Part shown: positions 22,303-31,680 of the stretch, piece by piece
How positions within the stretch are numbered: position 1 is the stretch's first letter
How the letters are laid out: every line of letters begins with the position of its first letter
Origin: Myxococcales bacterium
Lineage (GTDB): Bacteria > Myxococcota_A > Polyangia > Polyangiales > DASUME01
DNA length: 64,000 bases
Direction: 5' to 3'
Assembly: GCA_047601445.1 (NCBI GenBank)
Contig: JASGJH010000001.1
Coordinates: 6,400,001 to 6,464,000, forward strand
Position numbers and translations under genes: made by a program
The notes under the pieces: model-generated
What the model saw: only the letters and a program-made list of their open reading frames with translations
Database searches by the model: none
Told to the model about the DNA's origin: nothing

Positions 22303-24264
22303 CTACTTCACGCACCGCACAAAGCAACTCACGTTCTTGGCCAAGCCGTTGTAGTTCTCGCCCGTCCCGAAATTGACGACCCAGACGCTGCTTTGACCGG
22401 AGTAGACGGTCGCCGTCCAAAAGGAATCGAGAGCCGTGCCCATGAACTGCGGATCGATGGCCGGATTGGTCCGTCCGGGGTCGACCAGCGTCGAAAGTTC
22501 CTTGAGGGTAGGGAGACGCTTGCCCATGCCGGTACAATAAGTAGTGGCGGCGTCCCAGCTACGCTTGACGCCCGAGGCGGTTTGCTCCCAGGTCAGTCCG
22601 GTGCGCGTGTCGCGCAGCTCGCCATTGCCTTGCTCGTAGCGAGTACTCGGGTTTCCCGGCGTGATCCCGTCGCTGCGCACGCAACGCACGCTCGCACTCG
22701 AGCGGATTTGATAGCCCACCGTGCCAGTCAGAAACGAAACGTACCAGCCGCGACCCGAGCTGCCGTACTCCGTCGATGTCCAGAAGTCGACCGATGGCGT
22801 CTGCGTGATCCCGGTGTCGAACACGGAGCCGTCGATGGAGGGATCCACCTTCGACGTATCGAGTAGCGACTCCAGCTCGATCTTGCTCGGGAGGCGCCAG
22901 TCGTCCTTGCCCGAGAGCACCAGGTTTGCGCAGTAATTCTTGGCCTCGTCCCAGGTACACGCGTCTCCAGCTACGACCCGCTTCTGGGTGCATCCCGCAT
23001 AGGTGGCCGGAGCCGAGGAGGTCGCCCCCGGCAAGAAGCGCTCCCACATCAGGCCTGTGATCTTGTCGATGATGGTCGAAGGAGCGCTGCTCGTGTCGTA
23101 GCTTGGCGCGACGCTCGCTCCGGCACTGTCGTCCGGCATCGGCCAATCCGCGAACTGCCCGAGGCAAACGTAGCCCGGAGCGTCGGTCTGCCTGCACGGA
23201 AAAGAGGCCCCGCAACCGGCCGTCGCGCATTCGTCGATGTCCGCACAGCTCGTCGTGCCTGTCCCAGAGTAGCCGGGATCGCACTCGCAAAGGTAGGCAT
23301 CGAGACCATCCGTGCATTTCCCTCCGGGCGAGCAGGCGTTGACTGGGCAGTTATCGGGGTTGTTCGCGCAACGAGGGCCGTCGAACCCAACCGCGCACAC
23401 GCACTGGAACCCGCTCTCGTTCTGCGCGCAGGTTCCACCGTTGTCGCAACTGTCCTCATCCGTCACGTCGTCGCAGTCGTCGTTGACGCCATTGCACGTC
23501 TCCACTCCTGCCGAGACGTCTTGAGCACTGCAGACGAGTTCGTCAGCGCCCGCACATTGGTAGCTTCCCGAGCGCGCACACGCACCAAGCAGGCCGTTGT
23601 TGCAGGGGGCGTCCTTCGTGTTGGTCAACGCGTTGCAGCCACCGCATGCGTTGCGAGCGCACCCGTCCCCGTCGCCGTCGCCCTGCGTACTGGGACCGTC
23701 GCCGTCGCCAGTGCCGTCGCCGCTGCCATCGTTGCCGACGCTCCACACGGGCAGGTCGTCGCCAGGCATGGTGCCCGTCCGCACGCACTCTCCCTGGGCG
23801 TCGCATGTTAGGCACTCCGGGCCATGGCACTCGGGCGGAGCGCACACGGCATCCGCTTGACCGGTCCCGCAGACGTATAGCCACAGGTCGAGGACTCGGT
23901 GGCTCTTGCTCACGAACGATGAGACGGCTCGCGCTTGAGCGAGCGTCGCGCCATTCGCCAGGGCCTCGACCCGCACCTCGAATGGTTGGCTAGCGGCTCC
24001 TGATGAACCCGGGAGGATCGATGCCTCTGCCGGCCAGCGCACATCGGCGGACGCGACCGTCGATTCGCCGCGCGGCATCCAGTGCTCGTCGCTGAAGCGC
24101 CAGAGGGAAAAACGTAGGTCCGTGATTTGGGCCCGCAGCGCTTCGTCCTCGGCATGCAGGCGCACCGTCACTTGTGTCGGCGTCGAGTTCACTTCGGCTG
24201 GCTGACACGCTCCGACCGCGAGCAGCCAACTCACGAGACCCGTCCATCCACGAGCCCGGATCAT
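22303..24264 (-). CDS. Lipoprotein with EGF-like/Cys-rich repeats and two DUF1566 (Lcl C-terminal-like) domains
   Basis: Lipobox AVGAC; CVCAVGFDGPRC, DIDEC. Two copies of D.xTGLxWE...A..YC...RLP..EL...VRCV. Confidence 0.85.
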   Translation of the reverse strand: MIRARGWTGLVSWLLAVGACQPAEVNSTPTQVTVRLHAEDEALRAQITDLRFSLWRFSDEHWMPRGESTVASADVRWPAEASILPGSSGAASQPFEVRVEALANGATLAQARAVSSFVSKSHRVLDLWLYVCGTGQADAVCAPPECHGPECLTCDAQGECVRTGTMPGDDLPVWSVGNDGSGDGTGDGDGPSTQGDGDGDGCARNACGGCNALTNTKDAPCNNGLLGACARSGSYQCAGADELVCSAQDVSAGVETCNGVNDDCDDVTDEDSCDNGGTCAQNESGFQCVCAVGFDGPRCANNPDNCPVNACSPGGKCTDGLDAYLCECDPGYSGTGTTSCADIDECATAGCGASFPCRQTDAPGYVCLGQFADWPMPDDSAGASVAPSYDTSSAPSTIIDKITGLMWERFLPGATSSAPATYAGCTQKRVVAGDACTWDEAKNYCANLVLSGKDDWRLPSKIELESLLDTSKVDPSIDGSVFDTGITQTPSVDFWTSTEYGSSGRGWYVSFLTGTVGYQIRSSASVRCVRSDGITPGNPSTRYEQGNGELRDTRTGLTWEQTASGVKRSWDAATTYCTGMGKRLPTLKELSTLVDPGRTNPAIDPQFMGTALDSFWTATVYSGQSSVWVVNFGTGENYNGLAKNVSCFVRCVK

Positions 24265-25064
24265 CACCGGCCCCCGAGAGCGAACAACGTGACTCCGGTC
24301 GCGTTGGGACCGCGCTGAGGCTCCGCAGACTGGACGCTGTGGTCGCGCAGCAAGAGCGTGGTCGCGACCACTCCGCCTGCGACGGCCAGCCCGAGCCCGG
24401 TCCAAAACAACCAGCGCTTGTAGACTGGTCGGGGCCCAGCCTGCTCGTCTGCGGACGAGCTGGGAGGCAGCGGCATGGGAGTGATCGAAGCGTTCAATTG
24501 CAACTCCTCCCTTTTCTGCAGCTTGACGCTGAGCTCGACGCGCTTTCCGCCTTCGATGCGGACCGTGTGCGTTTGAGAGAGGTACCCATCGGACTCCGTC
24601 TGCAGCGTGTGCTCGCCGATCTCGAGCACCAAGATCCCGCCGTTCTCGTGCCGATCGATCGCGGTGCCGCCCACTCGCACCGAAGCTTCCGACGGCTCGA
24701 TCTCCAGTTTCAGCTCACCGAGGTAGCTGCGCGTCCGCGCCAGTAGCTCGACGACATCGGCGCGCATCTTGGCGTCCAGCGGGCGGACGGTGGAGGCCAA
24801 GCATTCTTCCAGAAGGCCGACCGCGACCTTGTAGTTTCGCAGTTCGAACTCGACGAGCCCGAGGCCTCGCAGGGAGCGTGCGCTGGGAAATAGCGCATGA
24901 GCTTTTGCGAACTCTTCGCGAGCCTCGGCAAAGTTGCCGGCGTTGAGCTCCGTCACGGCGTTTGAGATGGCCCGCGTGTAGCCGGGTGGCGGCTTGTCAT
25001 CGGGCTCGGCGCGGGTGACCGTCGCTACGCAAAGTATGGCCGACAACAGTAACCACCAGCGCAT
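24264..25064 (-). CDS. TPR/PEGA-like membrane-anchored protein
   Basis: Signal peptide, TPR-like helices, PEGA-like GEHTLQTESDGY, C-terminal PVYKRWLFWTG + TM. Confidence 0.8.
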   Translation of the reverse strand: MRWWLLLSAILCVATVTRAEPDDKPPPGYTRAISNAVTELNAGNFAEAREEFAKAHALFPSARSLRGLGLVEFELRNYKVAVGLLEECLASTVRPLDAKMRADVVELLARTRSYLGELKLEIEPSEASVRVGGTAIDRHENGGILVLEIGEHTLQTESDGYLSQTHTVRIEGGKRVELSVKLQKREELQLNASITPMPLPPSSSADEQAGPRPVYKRWLFWTGLGLAVAGGVVATTLLLRDHSVQSAEPQRGPNATGVTLFALGGR

Positions 25065-25238
25065 CCTCGTCCCCTCGCCGCAGCTGCCCACGCTAGCACC
25101 CTTGAGATGGGATTGGGTTGGCCTCACCCTGACTCGAGCTCAGTTAGGCGGTGCTGGGGCGAGCTGCAGCGGACCAACACCAATCCGCCTGGGGTCCGAG
25201 TTGATCAACCCGAGCACGGTGCGTGGGCTGACGTTCTT

Positions 25239-26510
25239 CTACCCCATCGAAACGATGTCCCCGAAGCTGCAGTGAAACCTAGGGGCCTTTCCCTTGGTGA
25301 GCACCCAGAGCACGTTGATCCCATGGGGGGCCTGCTCCGGCGTGGGTCCATCGCCGTCGGTGAAATACACGACCCCGTCCGCTCCGAGGCTGCGTAGCAG
25401 GCTGGGCTCGAAGACGGGGCGGAGGTCGGTGCCGCCGCGGCCCTCGACGTGCTCGAGCCGGCCTCGAAACGGGTAACTACGCGTGATCTTGACGTCGCAC
25501 TCCACCACATGGAGGCGCGCGTGCTCGCTGATCCGCGACAGCTGGCGCGCCACCTCGCTGAGCTCGTCTTCGGTCATGCTCATGGAGGTGTCGATGGCGA
25601 TGATCAAAAGAGGTCTCAACACCGTGCGCCGTTGATAGGCGCGCCCGGGCACTTCGCCGATGCGCCCGGGAAATCTCCGATTGGGGCGCGACCAGGTGTG
25701 CATCGGCGCCCGCGCCTGGGCCACGAAGTTGCGCAGTGCCTCGCGCCAGTCGATGGCGACCTTGGGCGGCAGCTGGGTCCCCCCGAGCTGCGCCAGCAAC
25801 TGGTCCGGGCTGCGGCCCGCGAGGCGCGCGTGCTGCGGCTGCTTCACCTTCACGCGCTCGGCATCGTCGGCTCCCTGGTCGCGCACGCGCTGCAGCAATT
25901 CGCGGGTCTCCTGGATGCCACCGGGTGGAGGACTCGCCTGCTCTTGCCACGCGTGGGGATCGACCTGGTGGGTGTCGCGCTGGGGCTTCGGCTCCTGGCC
26001 CTCCGCCCGCGCCTTGCACAAGAGCTCGTAGCGCTCGAGGGTGCTCTGTCCGGGACGAACTCCGAAGCGCTCGAAGTGCTTCACCAACACCGGCTCCGGC
26101 AGGGGCTCTTCGATGTGTTCGTTGGCGCTCATCTCCTGCGCCATCTGCATCAGGTCGCGCTGATCGACCCCAAAGAACTTGGGGTGCGCCAAATGTCCGA
26201 GCACGATGTGGTGGACCTCGTGCAAGAGCAGCCCGCGCAAAAACCGCGGATCCCGCTGCAACGCTTCGATGTTCACGTGCAGGTAGTAGCGCCCCGCGCG
26301 CGCACTGCTTCCACCGGTCGTGCGTGTCAGTGTGGGGACCAACGACACGCCCATCAGCGGAACGCTCGGGTCGGCCACCGGCTCGAGCTCGGCCAGCACA
26401 TAGGCATAGTAGGGATAGCGCGCGAGAAAGGCCTGATCCCACACGTAGGACTCGAGCCAACCTCGCAGCTCGCTCGTCTCGAGCGTTCCACGTTGGACCG
26501 GCTTGCTCAT
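25239..26510 (-). CDS. DUF2201-type putative metallopeptidase + vWA-like domain protein
   Basis: LLHEVHHIVLGH (HExxH), DWREAL..SRPNRR, IDTSMSM (MIDAS), GRGGTD, YFTDG. Confidence 0.88.
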   Translation of the reverse strand: MSKPVQRGTLETSELRGWLESYVWDQAFLARYPYYAYVLAELEPVADPSVPLMGVSLVPTLTRTTGGSSARAGRYYLHVNIEALQRDPRFLRGLLLHEVHHIVLGHLAHPKFFGVDQRDLMQMAQEMSANEHIEEPLPEPVLVKHFERFGVRPGQSTLERYELLCKARAEGQEPKPQRDTHQVDPHAWQEQASPPPGGIQETRELLQRVRDQGADDAERVKVKQPQHARLAGRSPDQLLAQLGGTQLPPKVAIDWREALRNFVAQARAPMHTWSRPNRRFPGRIGEVPGRAYQRRTVLRPLLIIAIDTSMSMTEDELSEVARQLSRISEHARLHVVECDVKITRSYPFRGRLEHVEGRGGTDLRPVFEPSLLRSLGADGVVYFTDGDGPTPEQAPHGINVLWVLTKGKAPRFHCSFGDIVSMG

Positions 26511-27856
26511 GCGGGCGGCCTGATGGGCGTCACGCTGATCTTGTGCAGGGCCTCCGCCAGGGGAACGCCCCAGCGCTCGCCCACTTGCAGTAAGAAGTGT
26601 CCAATCGAGGTGCGCTGTGCGTTCGACTTGCGGAGCTCGGCGGCGTGGTTCGGCGCGAGTACGTGGTTGCGCACGGCGGTCACCAGCAGGGCGACGCGAT
26701 GACGTTTGGTGGGCTGGGACTTCCACTCTTCCACCCGCTTGTGCGCCGCGCTGCCGCCATAGTTGGTGAGCACGTCGTTCGGGCTCACGTCGAGCAGTGG
26801 GATCGCGGTGGGGTTGTGTCCGAGGGCTTCCTGCAATTTTTCGCGTTGATCCCCGGGCAGATCTGCGAACAGAGCCTCCAGGCTGGCCAACGACAGGCTG
26901 CGTTTGCCGATCAACACGCCGCACTCCGGGCCTCCCAGCACGGTGCCCATGCGCGCCACGAGTTCGTCGATGCGGTCCACGTCACCTGCGTCCTTCCACG
27001 CCTTGAGGCGGGCCGCGAAGGGACTCTTGGCCGAGTAGTCTCGGAGTAGCTCCAGGATGTCCACCTCGAGCGGGCGCGCCGAGAGCGACGAGCTGGCGCA
27101 TAGCGCCGTGACCCACACGGGAGGCAAGTAGCCAGAGAGTACGTCGCGCACGAGGTTCAGGTCCTTGAGCTCGTGGGGTTGCATGCTGCTGAGCATGCTG
27201 GCTGCATAGGTAAAGGAGCGCGGCGGCACGCTCTCGAAGATGCGCTCGTGGGCGCGCACCAGGGCGGTCACCGCCGGGTGCACTTGCTGCTGCTCGGCCC
27301 AGGCCAACCAGCTGGCCCGGTCGGGCCGCACCGGAAGCTGTAGGAAGCGCGCGCGCAGGGCGGCGTCGAGCGGCGTCACTTGGTAGTCGCCCGTCTCCGG
27401 GTTGATCGCCGCGAAGCAGGCCCATCCCTCGGGCAACGTGTACTCGTGCAAGGTGCGCGCGGTGAGCAACTGCAGCGCTGGCTGTTGAATGTAGCGCTCG
27501 GCACGGTTGAGCTCCTCCAGCATCAAGATACCGGCTCCCTCGCGCGGCAAGAAGCGCGGCAGCGCATAGCGCGTGCGGCCCTCCTCGATCACCGGCAAGC
27601 CCACCAGATCGGGCGGCTCGAGCAGCGAGAGGTCGAGCACGGTGTGGGCGATGCCGAGCTTCCTGGCGAGTTGCGCGACCAGCTCGGACTTGCCGATGCC
27701 GGTGGCACCTTCGAGCAGGACGGGGCGCCGCGCGCGATAGGCGACCTCCAGGATGGCCTCCACGCGGGGGCCGATGGGGAGGGCGTCGGAAGTGGGGTCG
27801 GCGTGACCTTTCATCACCCGCAAGGATGGGCCGACTCGCGTGCGCGGTCCACTCAC
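26507..27856 (-). CDS. MoxR-like AAA+ ATPase with C-terminal extension
   Basis: Walker A GATGIGKS, EPPDLVGLP, Walker B ILMLEELNRA, AAINP, ALRARF. Confidence 0.9.
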   Translation of the reverse strand: MSGPRTRVGPSLRVMKGHADPTSDALPIGPRVEAILEVAYRARRPVLLEGATGIGKSELVAQLARKLGIAHTVLDLSLLEPPDLVGLPVIEEGRTRYALPRFLPREGAGILMLEELNRAERYIQQPALQLLTARTLHEYTLPEGWACFAAINPETGDYQVTPLDAALRARFLQLPVRPDRASWLAWAEQQQVHPAVTALVRAHERIFESVPPRSFTYAASMLSSMQPHELKDLNLVRDVLSGYLPPVWVTALCASSSLSARPLEVDILELLRDYSAKSPFAARLKAWKDAGDVDRIDELVARMGTVLGGPECGVLIGKRSLSLASLEALFADLPGDQREKLQEALGHNPTAIPLLDVSPNDVLTNYGGSAAHKRVEEWKSQPTKRHRVALLVTAVRNHVLAPNHAAELRKSNAQRTSIGHFLLQVGERWGVPLAEALHKISVTPIRPPA

Positions 27857-27872
27857 CGCACACGTTTGCCCG

Positions 27873-30800
27873 TCACAACAGGATCAGCTCGTCCTTGCAG
27901 TGTTTGTCGCAGCCGTCGTAGTCGTTGAGGTTGCCGTCGTCGCACTCCTCTCCGAACTCGGTCGATACATGGCCATCGCCACAGAACGCCGAGCGTCGGC
28001 AGTTTTTGTCGCAGCCGCCGTAGCCGCCGTTGTTCGTGCCGTCGTCACACTGCTCCCCGAAGGCGGTCTGCAGCTTGCCGTCGCCGCAGAAGGGCGCGAG
28101 CTTGCAACCCGGCGCGCAGCCATTGTACGGCGACATGTTGACCTTGTCGTCGCACTCCTCGCCCTGCTCGACCTGAGGCTTGCCGTCGCCGCAGCGCGGC
28201 CCGTAGCTGCAGTTCTTCTGGCAGAGGCCGTAGATACCGTCGACGTTCTCACTGCCGTGGTCGCACTGCTCGCCGCCCGCGCCATCGGTCAGGCCGTCGC
28301 CGCAGCGTGGGCCGATGGTGCAATCGGGGTTGCAGCCGTTGTAGCTGCCGTCGTTGGCGGCCGCGCCCAGGTCACAGGCTTCCTTGCCCGCGTCGGTCGT
28401 GCCGTCGCCGCAGTAAGCTCCGCGTTGCGTGCAGGCTTCGCAGCCGCCGTAGCTCGGGGATGCATTCGGGTCGGCGCCCGAGTTGTGCGACTGACATGTG
28501 CCGCCGCCGCTGGTGCACATGAGTGCGCCATCCGGCGTGCCGCAGGCTTCCATGTCCTGATCACCGTCCATGCAGAAGCTGCCCAGATCGCACAGCTCGC
28601 CGGGCGTGACCACGCCGTCGCCGCAGTAGGCGTCGCACGAGGTCTTCGAGGTGAAGAAGCCCGCCAAGGTGAGCTTGTAGTTCGATTCGATGGTGTGGCG
28701 CTCTGCCTGAAACACCGCGACTTCATAGATCCGGCCCGTGCCAGGATCTTCGAGACCCAGGTCCACTGCCGTGAGCGGGTTCGAGGTGCAGCCTGCGCGT
28801 TGGGCGCGCAAGCTGATGCACCCGTCGGCCGCGTTGTGGATGCCGCCGATGTCCACCGCAAGCTTGCCGTTGATGAACACCCACACGTCGTCGTCGCCGC
28901 GGAACGACAGCACCTCGTCGCCCTGGTACTCGAACCAGTAGCGAACCTCGCTGGTGAAATGGAAGTTCTGACCGCTGTAGGTCTCGTCGTAGAGCGGACC
29001 GCTGCTCAAGGCCGGGTCGTTGAAACCCTTGCCCGTGAGCGGGAAGAACGCGGTGGTGTCGAAGATGTACGTGTCGGCGCTGCACGCCTGGCCGTTGTAC
29101 ATCCCGCCCTGACAGACGCCGCTCACGCACTGGCCCGGCTGATTGCTGCCGACCACGGCAGGGCAGGGGGCGAGCAGCATGCGGTCGGTCACGGTCCGGT
29201 TCTGAGCCGTATCCGTGTACCAGTCATGGAAAGAGGCGTCGCTCTGGATGGACGAGCCGCTGAGGTTGGCCCGAGCGGGCTTCCCATTCACTAGCTGGGC
29301 CTGCACCATGCCCGACGCGGCCTCGATGGCGCGCTCGAAGTCGGGATGTCCGGGCTTACAGCCGGGGGTCACCGACTCATCGCAGCAATGCTCGAGGTTG
29401 CCGCAGTGGTCGATGGTGCAGGTGCTGCCGGGACAGCCGCCGGCAACCGAGCAGGCTTGGCCCTGGTTGGCGCCGCCGGCGCATCGACCCGTCGTTCCCG
29501 AGAAGACCACGAAGTCCACCGCGCGGAAATCTCGGTACACCACCGGGATGCTCACCGCGGGCGGAGGGGTTTCGGTGATCACCTGACAGCGATAGCCCGG
29601 CTCGAACGTGCACGTCTTCGAGCAGCCGTCGTTGTTGCGGGTGTTGCCGTCGTCGCACCCCTCTTCCACGCCGTCGGCACCCTTGCCGATGATGCCATCG
29701 CCACAGCTCGACTCGCATTCGCCGGCGCTGCACTTGGGCTCCGAGGTACAGAACGGGGTACAGCCGTCGCCGAGGTCGTTGTTGGGTACGGGGTTGCCCT
29801 TGCTATCGAGGGCGCCGTCGTCGCACTGCTCGAGGCCCTCGCGCACGCCGTTGCCGCAGTGGGCTACCTTGCACGCCTTGCCGGGCTCCGGGCAGAAGAA
29901 GCCCTCTTCGAGGTTGCAGTTCGCATCGCAACCGGGCGTGGCTGGAGTGTTCGGGTTTTGGTCGGCGTCGCCGCGACGGTCGTCGCACTGCTCGTTGCCC
30001 GCCACGATGCCATCGCCGCACACCGTGGTGCAGCCAAGGCCGCCCGGACAGATCCAACCATTTTCGATGGTACAGTTTGTGGAGCAGCCATCATCGTTCA
30101 GCTGGTTCGCATCGTCGCAGGCTTCGTCGGCGGTGAGCCGCCCGTTGCCGCACACGGTGAACTTGGTGCAGGCGCCACCCGCCGCCGGGCAGGTGTAGAA
30201 CGGCGCCTTGCCGCTGCAGTCGTCCAGGCAACCCGAGGGAGCGCGGGCGTCGTCGCACAGCTCGGCGCCCGCGCGGACGCCGTCGCCGCACTCGGCGGCG
30301 GAGCACGCGTCCCCGACGCACACCCAGCCCGTCTCGACCTGACAGTTGGCGTTGCAGCCATCGCCCGGCGTGTCGTTGCCGCCGTCGCAGGCTTCGCTGC
30401 CCGCCACGATGCCGTCGCCGCAGGAGCCCGCCACGCACGCCGCGCCGGGCTGTGGGCACGCCCAACCGGGCTCGAGGGCACAGGTGGCCGAGCAGCCATC
30501 GTGGTCGACGTTGTTGCCATCGTCGCAGGGCTCGCCCGGGTACTGCAGACCGTCTCCGCATTTGGGAACGCAGACACCGCCCGTGGGCGGACACAGATAG
30601 CCGAGCTCGACCTTGCAAGTGCGCGAACAACCGTCGTTCGGAAGGTTGTTGCCGTCGTCACAGGCCTCGCTCATCGCCTTGGGATCAGCGACGCCATCGC
30701 CGCAGCCCGCTGGGATGTCGCCCATGTCGGGAAGAGGCCCGCTGTCGATCTCGCCGTCTCCGTCTCCGTCCCCGTAGCTATCGCCATCTCCGTCGCCGAT

Positions 30801-30920
30801 GTCTGGCGAGGAGCCGCTGTCGCTGCCGGCGTCTTGATCCGACTCGCCGGAAGGTCCTTCCGAACCACCGCAGCCCACCAAGACAATAGCTAACACCAAC
30901 CCTGGCGCATGAATACGCAC
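27873..30920 (-). CDS. Fibro-slime (PA14-like) domain lipoprotein with many Myxococcus Cys-rich repeats
   Basis: Lipobox LVGC; many CGDG...E.CDDGN repeats; YRDF, HPDFE, NFHFTSE, FRGDDDVWVFING, FQAERH. Confidence 0.92.
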   Translation of the reverse strand: MRIHAPGLVLAIVLVGCGGSEGPSGESDQDAGSDSGSSPDIGDGDGDSYGDGDGDGEIDSGPLPDMGDIPAGCGDGVADPKAMSEACDDGNNLPNDGCSRTCKVELGYLCPPTGGVCVPKCGDGLQYPGEPCDDGNNVDHDGCSATCALEPGWACPQPGAACVAGSCGDGIVAGSEACDGGNDTPGDGCNANCQVETGWVCVGDACSAAECGDGVRAGAELCDDARAPSGCLDDCSGKAPFYTCPAAGGACTKFTVCGNGRLTADEACDDANQLNDDGCSTNCTIENGWICPGGLGCTTVCGDGIVAGNEQCDDRRGDADQNPNTPATPGCDANCNLEEGFFCPEPGKACKVAHCGNGVREGLEQCDDGALDSKGNPVPNNDLGDGCTPFCTSEPKCSAGECESSCGDGIIGKGADGVEEGCDDGNTRNNDGCSKTCTFEPGYRCQVITETPPPAVSIPVVYRDFRAVDFVVFSGTTGRCAGGANQGQACSVAGGCPGSTCTIDHCGNLEHCCDESVTPGCKPGHPDFERAIEAASGMVQAQLVNGKPARANLSGSSIQSDASFHDWYTDTAQNRTVTDRMLLAPCPAVVGSNQPGQCVSGVCQGGMYNGQACSADTYIFDTTAFFPLTGKGFNDPALSSGPLYDETYSGQNFHFTSEVRYWFEYQGDEVLSFRGDDDVWVFINGKLAVDIGGIHNAADGCISLRAQRAGCTSNPLTAVDLGLEDPGTGRIYEVAVFQAERHTIESNYKLTLAGFFTSKTSCDAYCGDGVVTPGELCDLGSFCMDGDQDMEACGTPDGALMCTSGGGTCQSHNSGADPNASPSYGGCEACTQRGAYCGDGTTDAGKEACDLGAAANDGSYNGCNPDCTIGPRCGDGLTDGAGGEQCDHGSENVDGIYGLCQKNCSYGPRCGDGKPQVEQGEECDDKVNMSPYNGCAPGCKLAPFCGDGKLQTAFGEQCDDGTNNGGYGGCDKNCRRSAFCGDGHVSTEFGEECDDGNLNDYDGCDKHCKDELILL

Positions 30921-31065
30921 GAGCTCGCAACCCCCGATACTTCAGAGATGCAGCAAGTCGGCTGTAGTTGCTAGGCGTGCTCAGGCGCTTTTGTGTGGAT
31001 GCGTCTGCGCGATGCTCTGCTTGCTCCTCGAACGGGGATGCTCTCGAGTGCGAGCGCGCGAGGCC

Positions 31066-31680
31066 TCAGATGGAGCGGCAGAGCACGAACCAATTGTCCT
31101 GAACCTTACCCTTGCGGATCGCGCGCCCAATGCTGACGTGGCTCGACACCGCACGCAGTGCGTCGACCATGTCGGCGTACACGAAGCGACTCAGGCGCGC
31201 GTGGTTCGAGAGCATGGGCGGCCACGACTCGGGCTTGCCACTCGGCATCCGCGTGTAGTCCACCATCACTTCGTCGCCCTCGGCGTACGCCACGTAGTAG
31301 CCGGGGCCCACGAAAGTCTCCACGAAGTCGCCGCTGCGGTTGTAGCCCCACAGCTCCTTGGCGTCGGCGCTCGGGCGGCAGAACACCTTGGCGAAGAGCG
31401 TGAACATGGCGAGCGAGTTCTTGCCGTTGTGCGGCACCTCGTGCATCGGGGCCACGGTGGGCGGCACGATGTCGTCGAGCGTGAGCTTGTAGGCGCCCTT
31501 GGCGGCCTCGAAGAGTTGTGCCTGAGCCCTGCCCGAGAGCGAGCGGATCGCACGCAGACGCTCCTCGTGGCTCTGCACGTCGAGCGCGGCGCGGATCTCC
31601 TTCAGGTCGAAGCGCCCGCTGCGCAGGGTCGTGTCGAGGTCGGGAGAAGCGGATCGAATGACTTCACTCTGCTGCGGCAT
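31066..31680 (-). CDS. Hypothetical protein of a type found beside GMC oxidoreductases
   Basis: Coding-like composition, overlaps the GMC stop; D.LR.V....GR motif shared with 61699-62271. Confidence 0.7.
   Translation of the reverse strand: MPQQSEVIRSASPDLDTTLRSGRFDLKEIRAALDVQSHEERLRAIRSLSGRAQAQLFEAAKGAYKLTLDDIVPPTVAPMHEVPHNGKNSLAMFTLFAKVFCRPSADAKELWGYNRSGDFVETFVGPGYYVAYAEGDEVMVDYTRMPSGKPESWPPMLSNHARLSRFVYADMVDALRAVSSHVSIGRAIRKGKVQDNWFVLCRSI

Noticed and set aside
23660..23730. GGCGAC runs inside lipoprotein genes (also ~30750-30800 and ~48710-48770) as further element copies
   Set aside because: They encode GDGDGD linkers with synonymous variation and lack the TTGACAGCG core.
25135..25200. 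Integron attC site (GTTAGGC, CTGCAGCGGAC)
   Set aside because: No correctly ordered RYYYAAC...GTTRRRY pair or L boxes, and no integrase.
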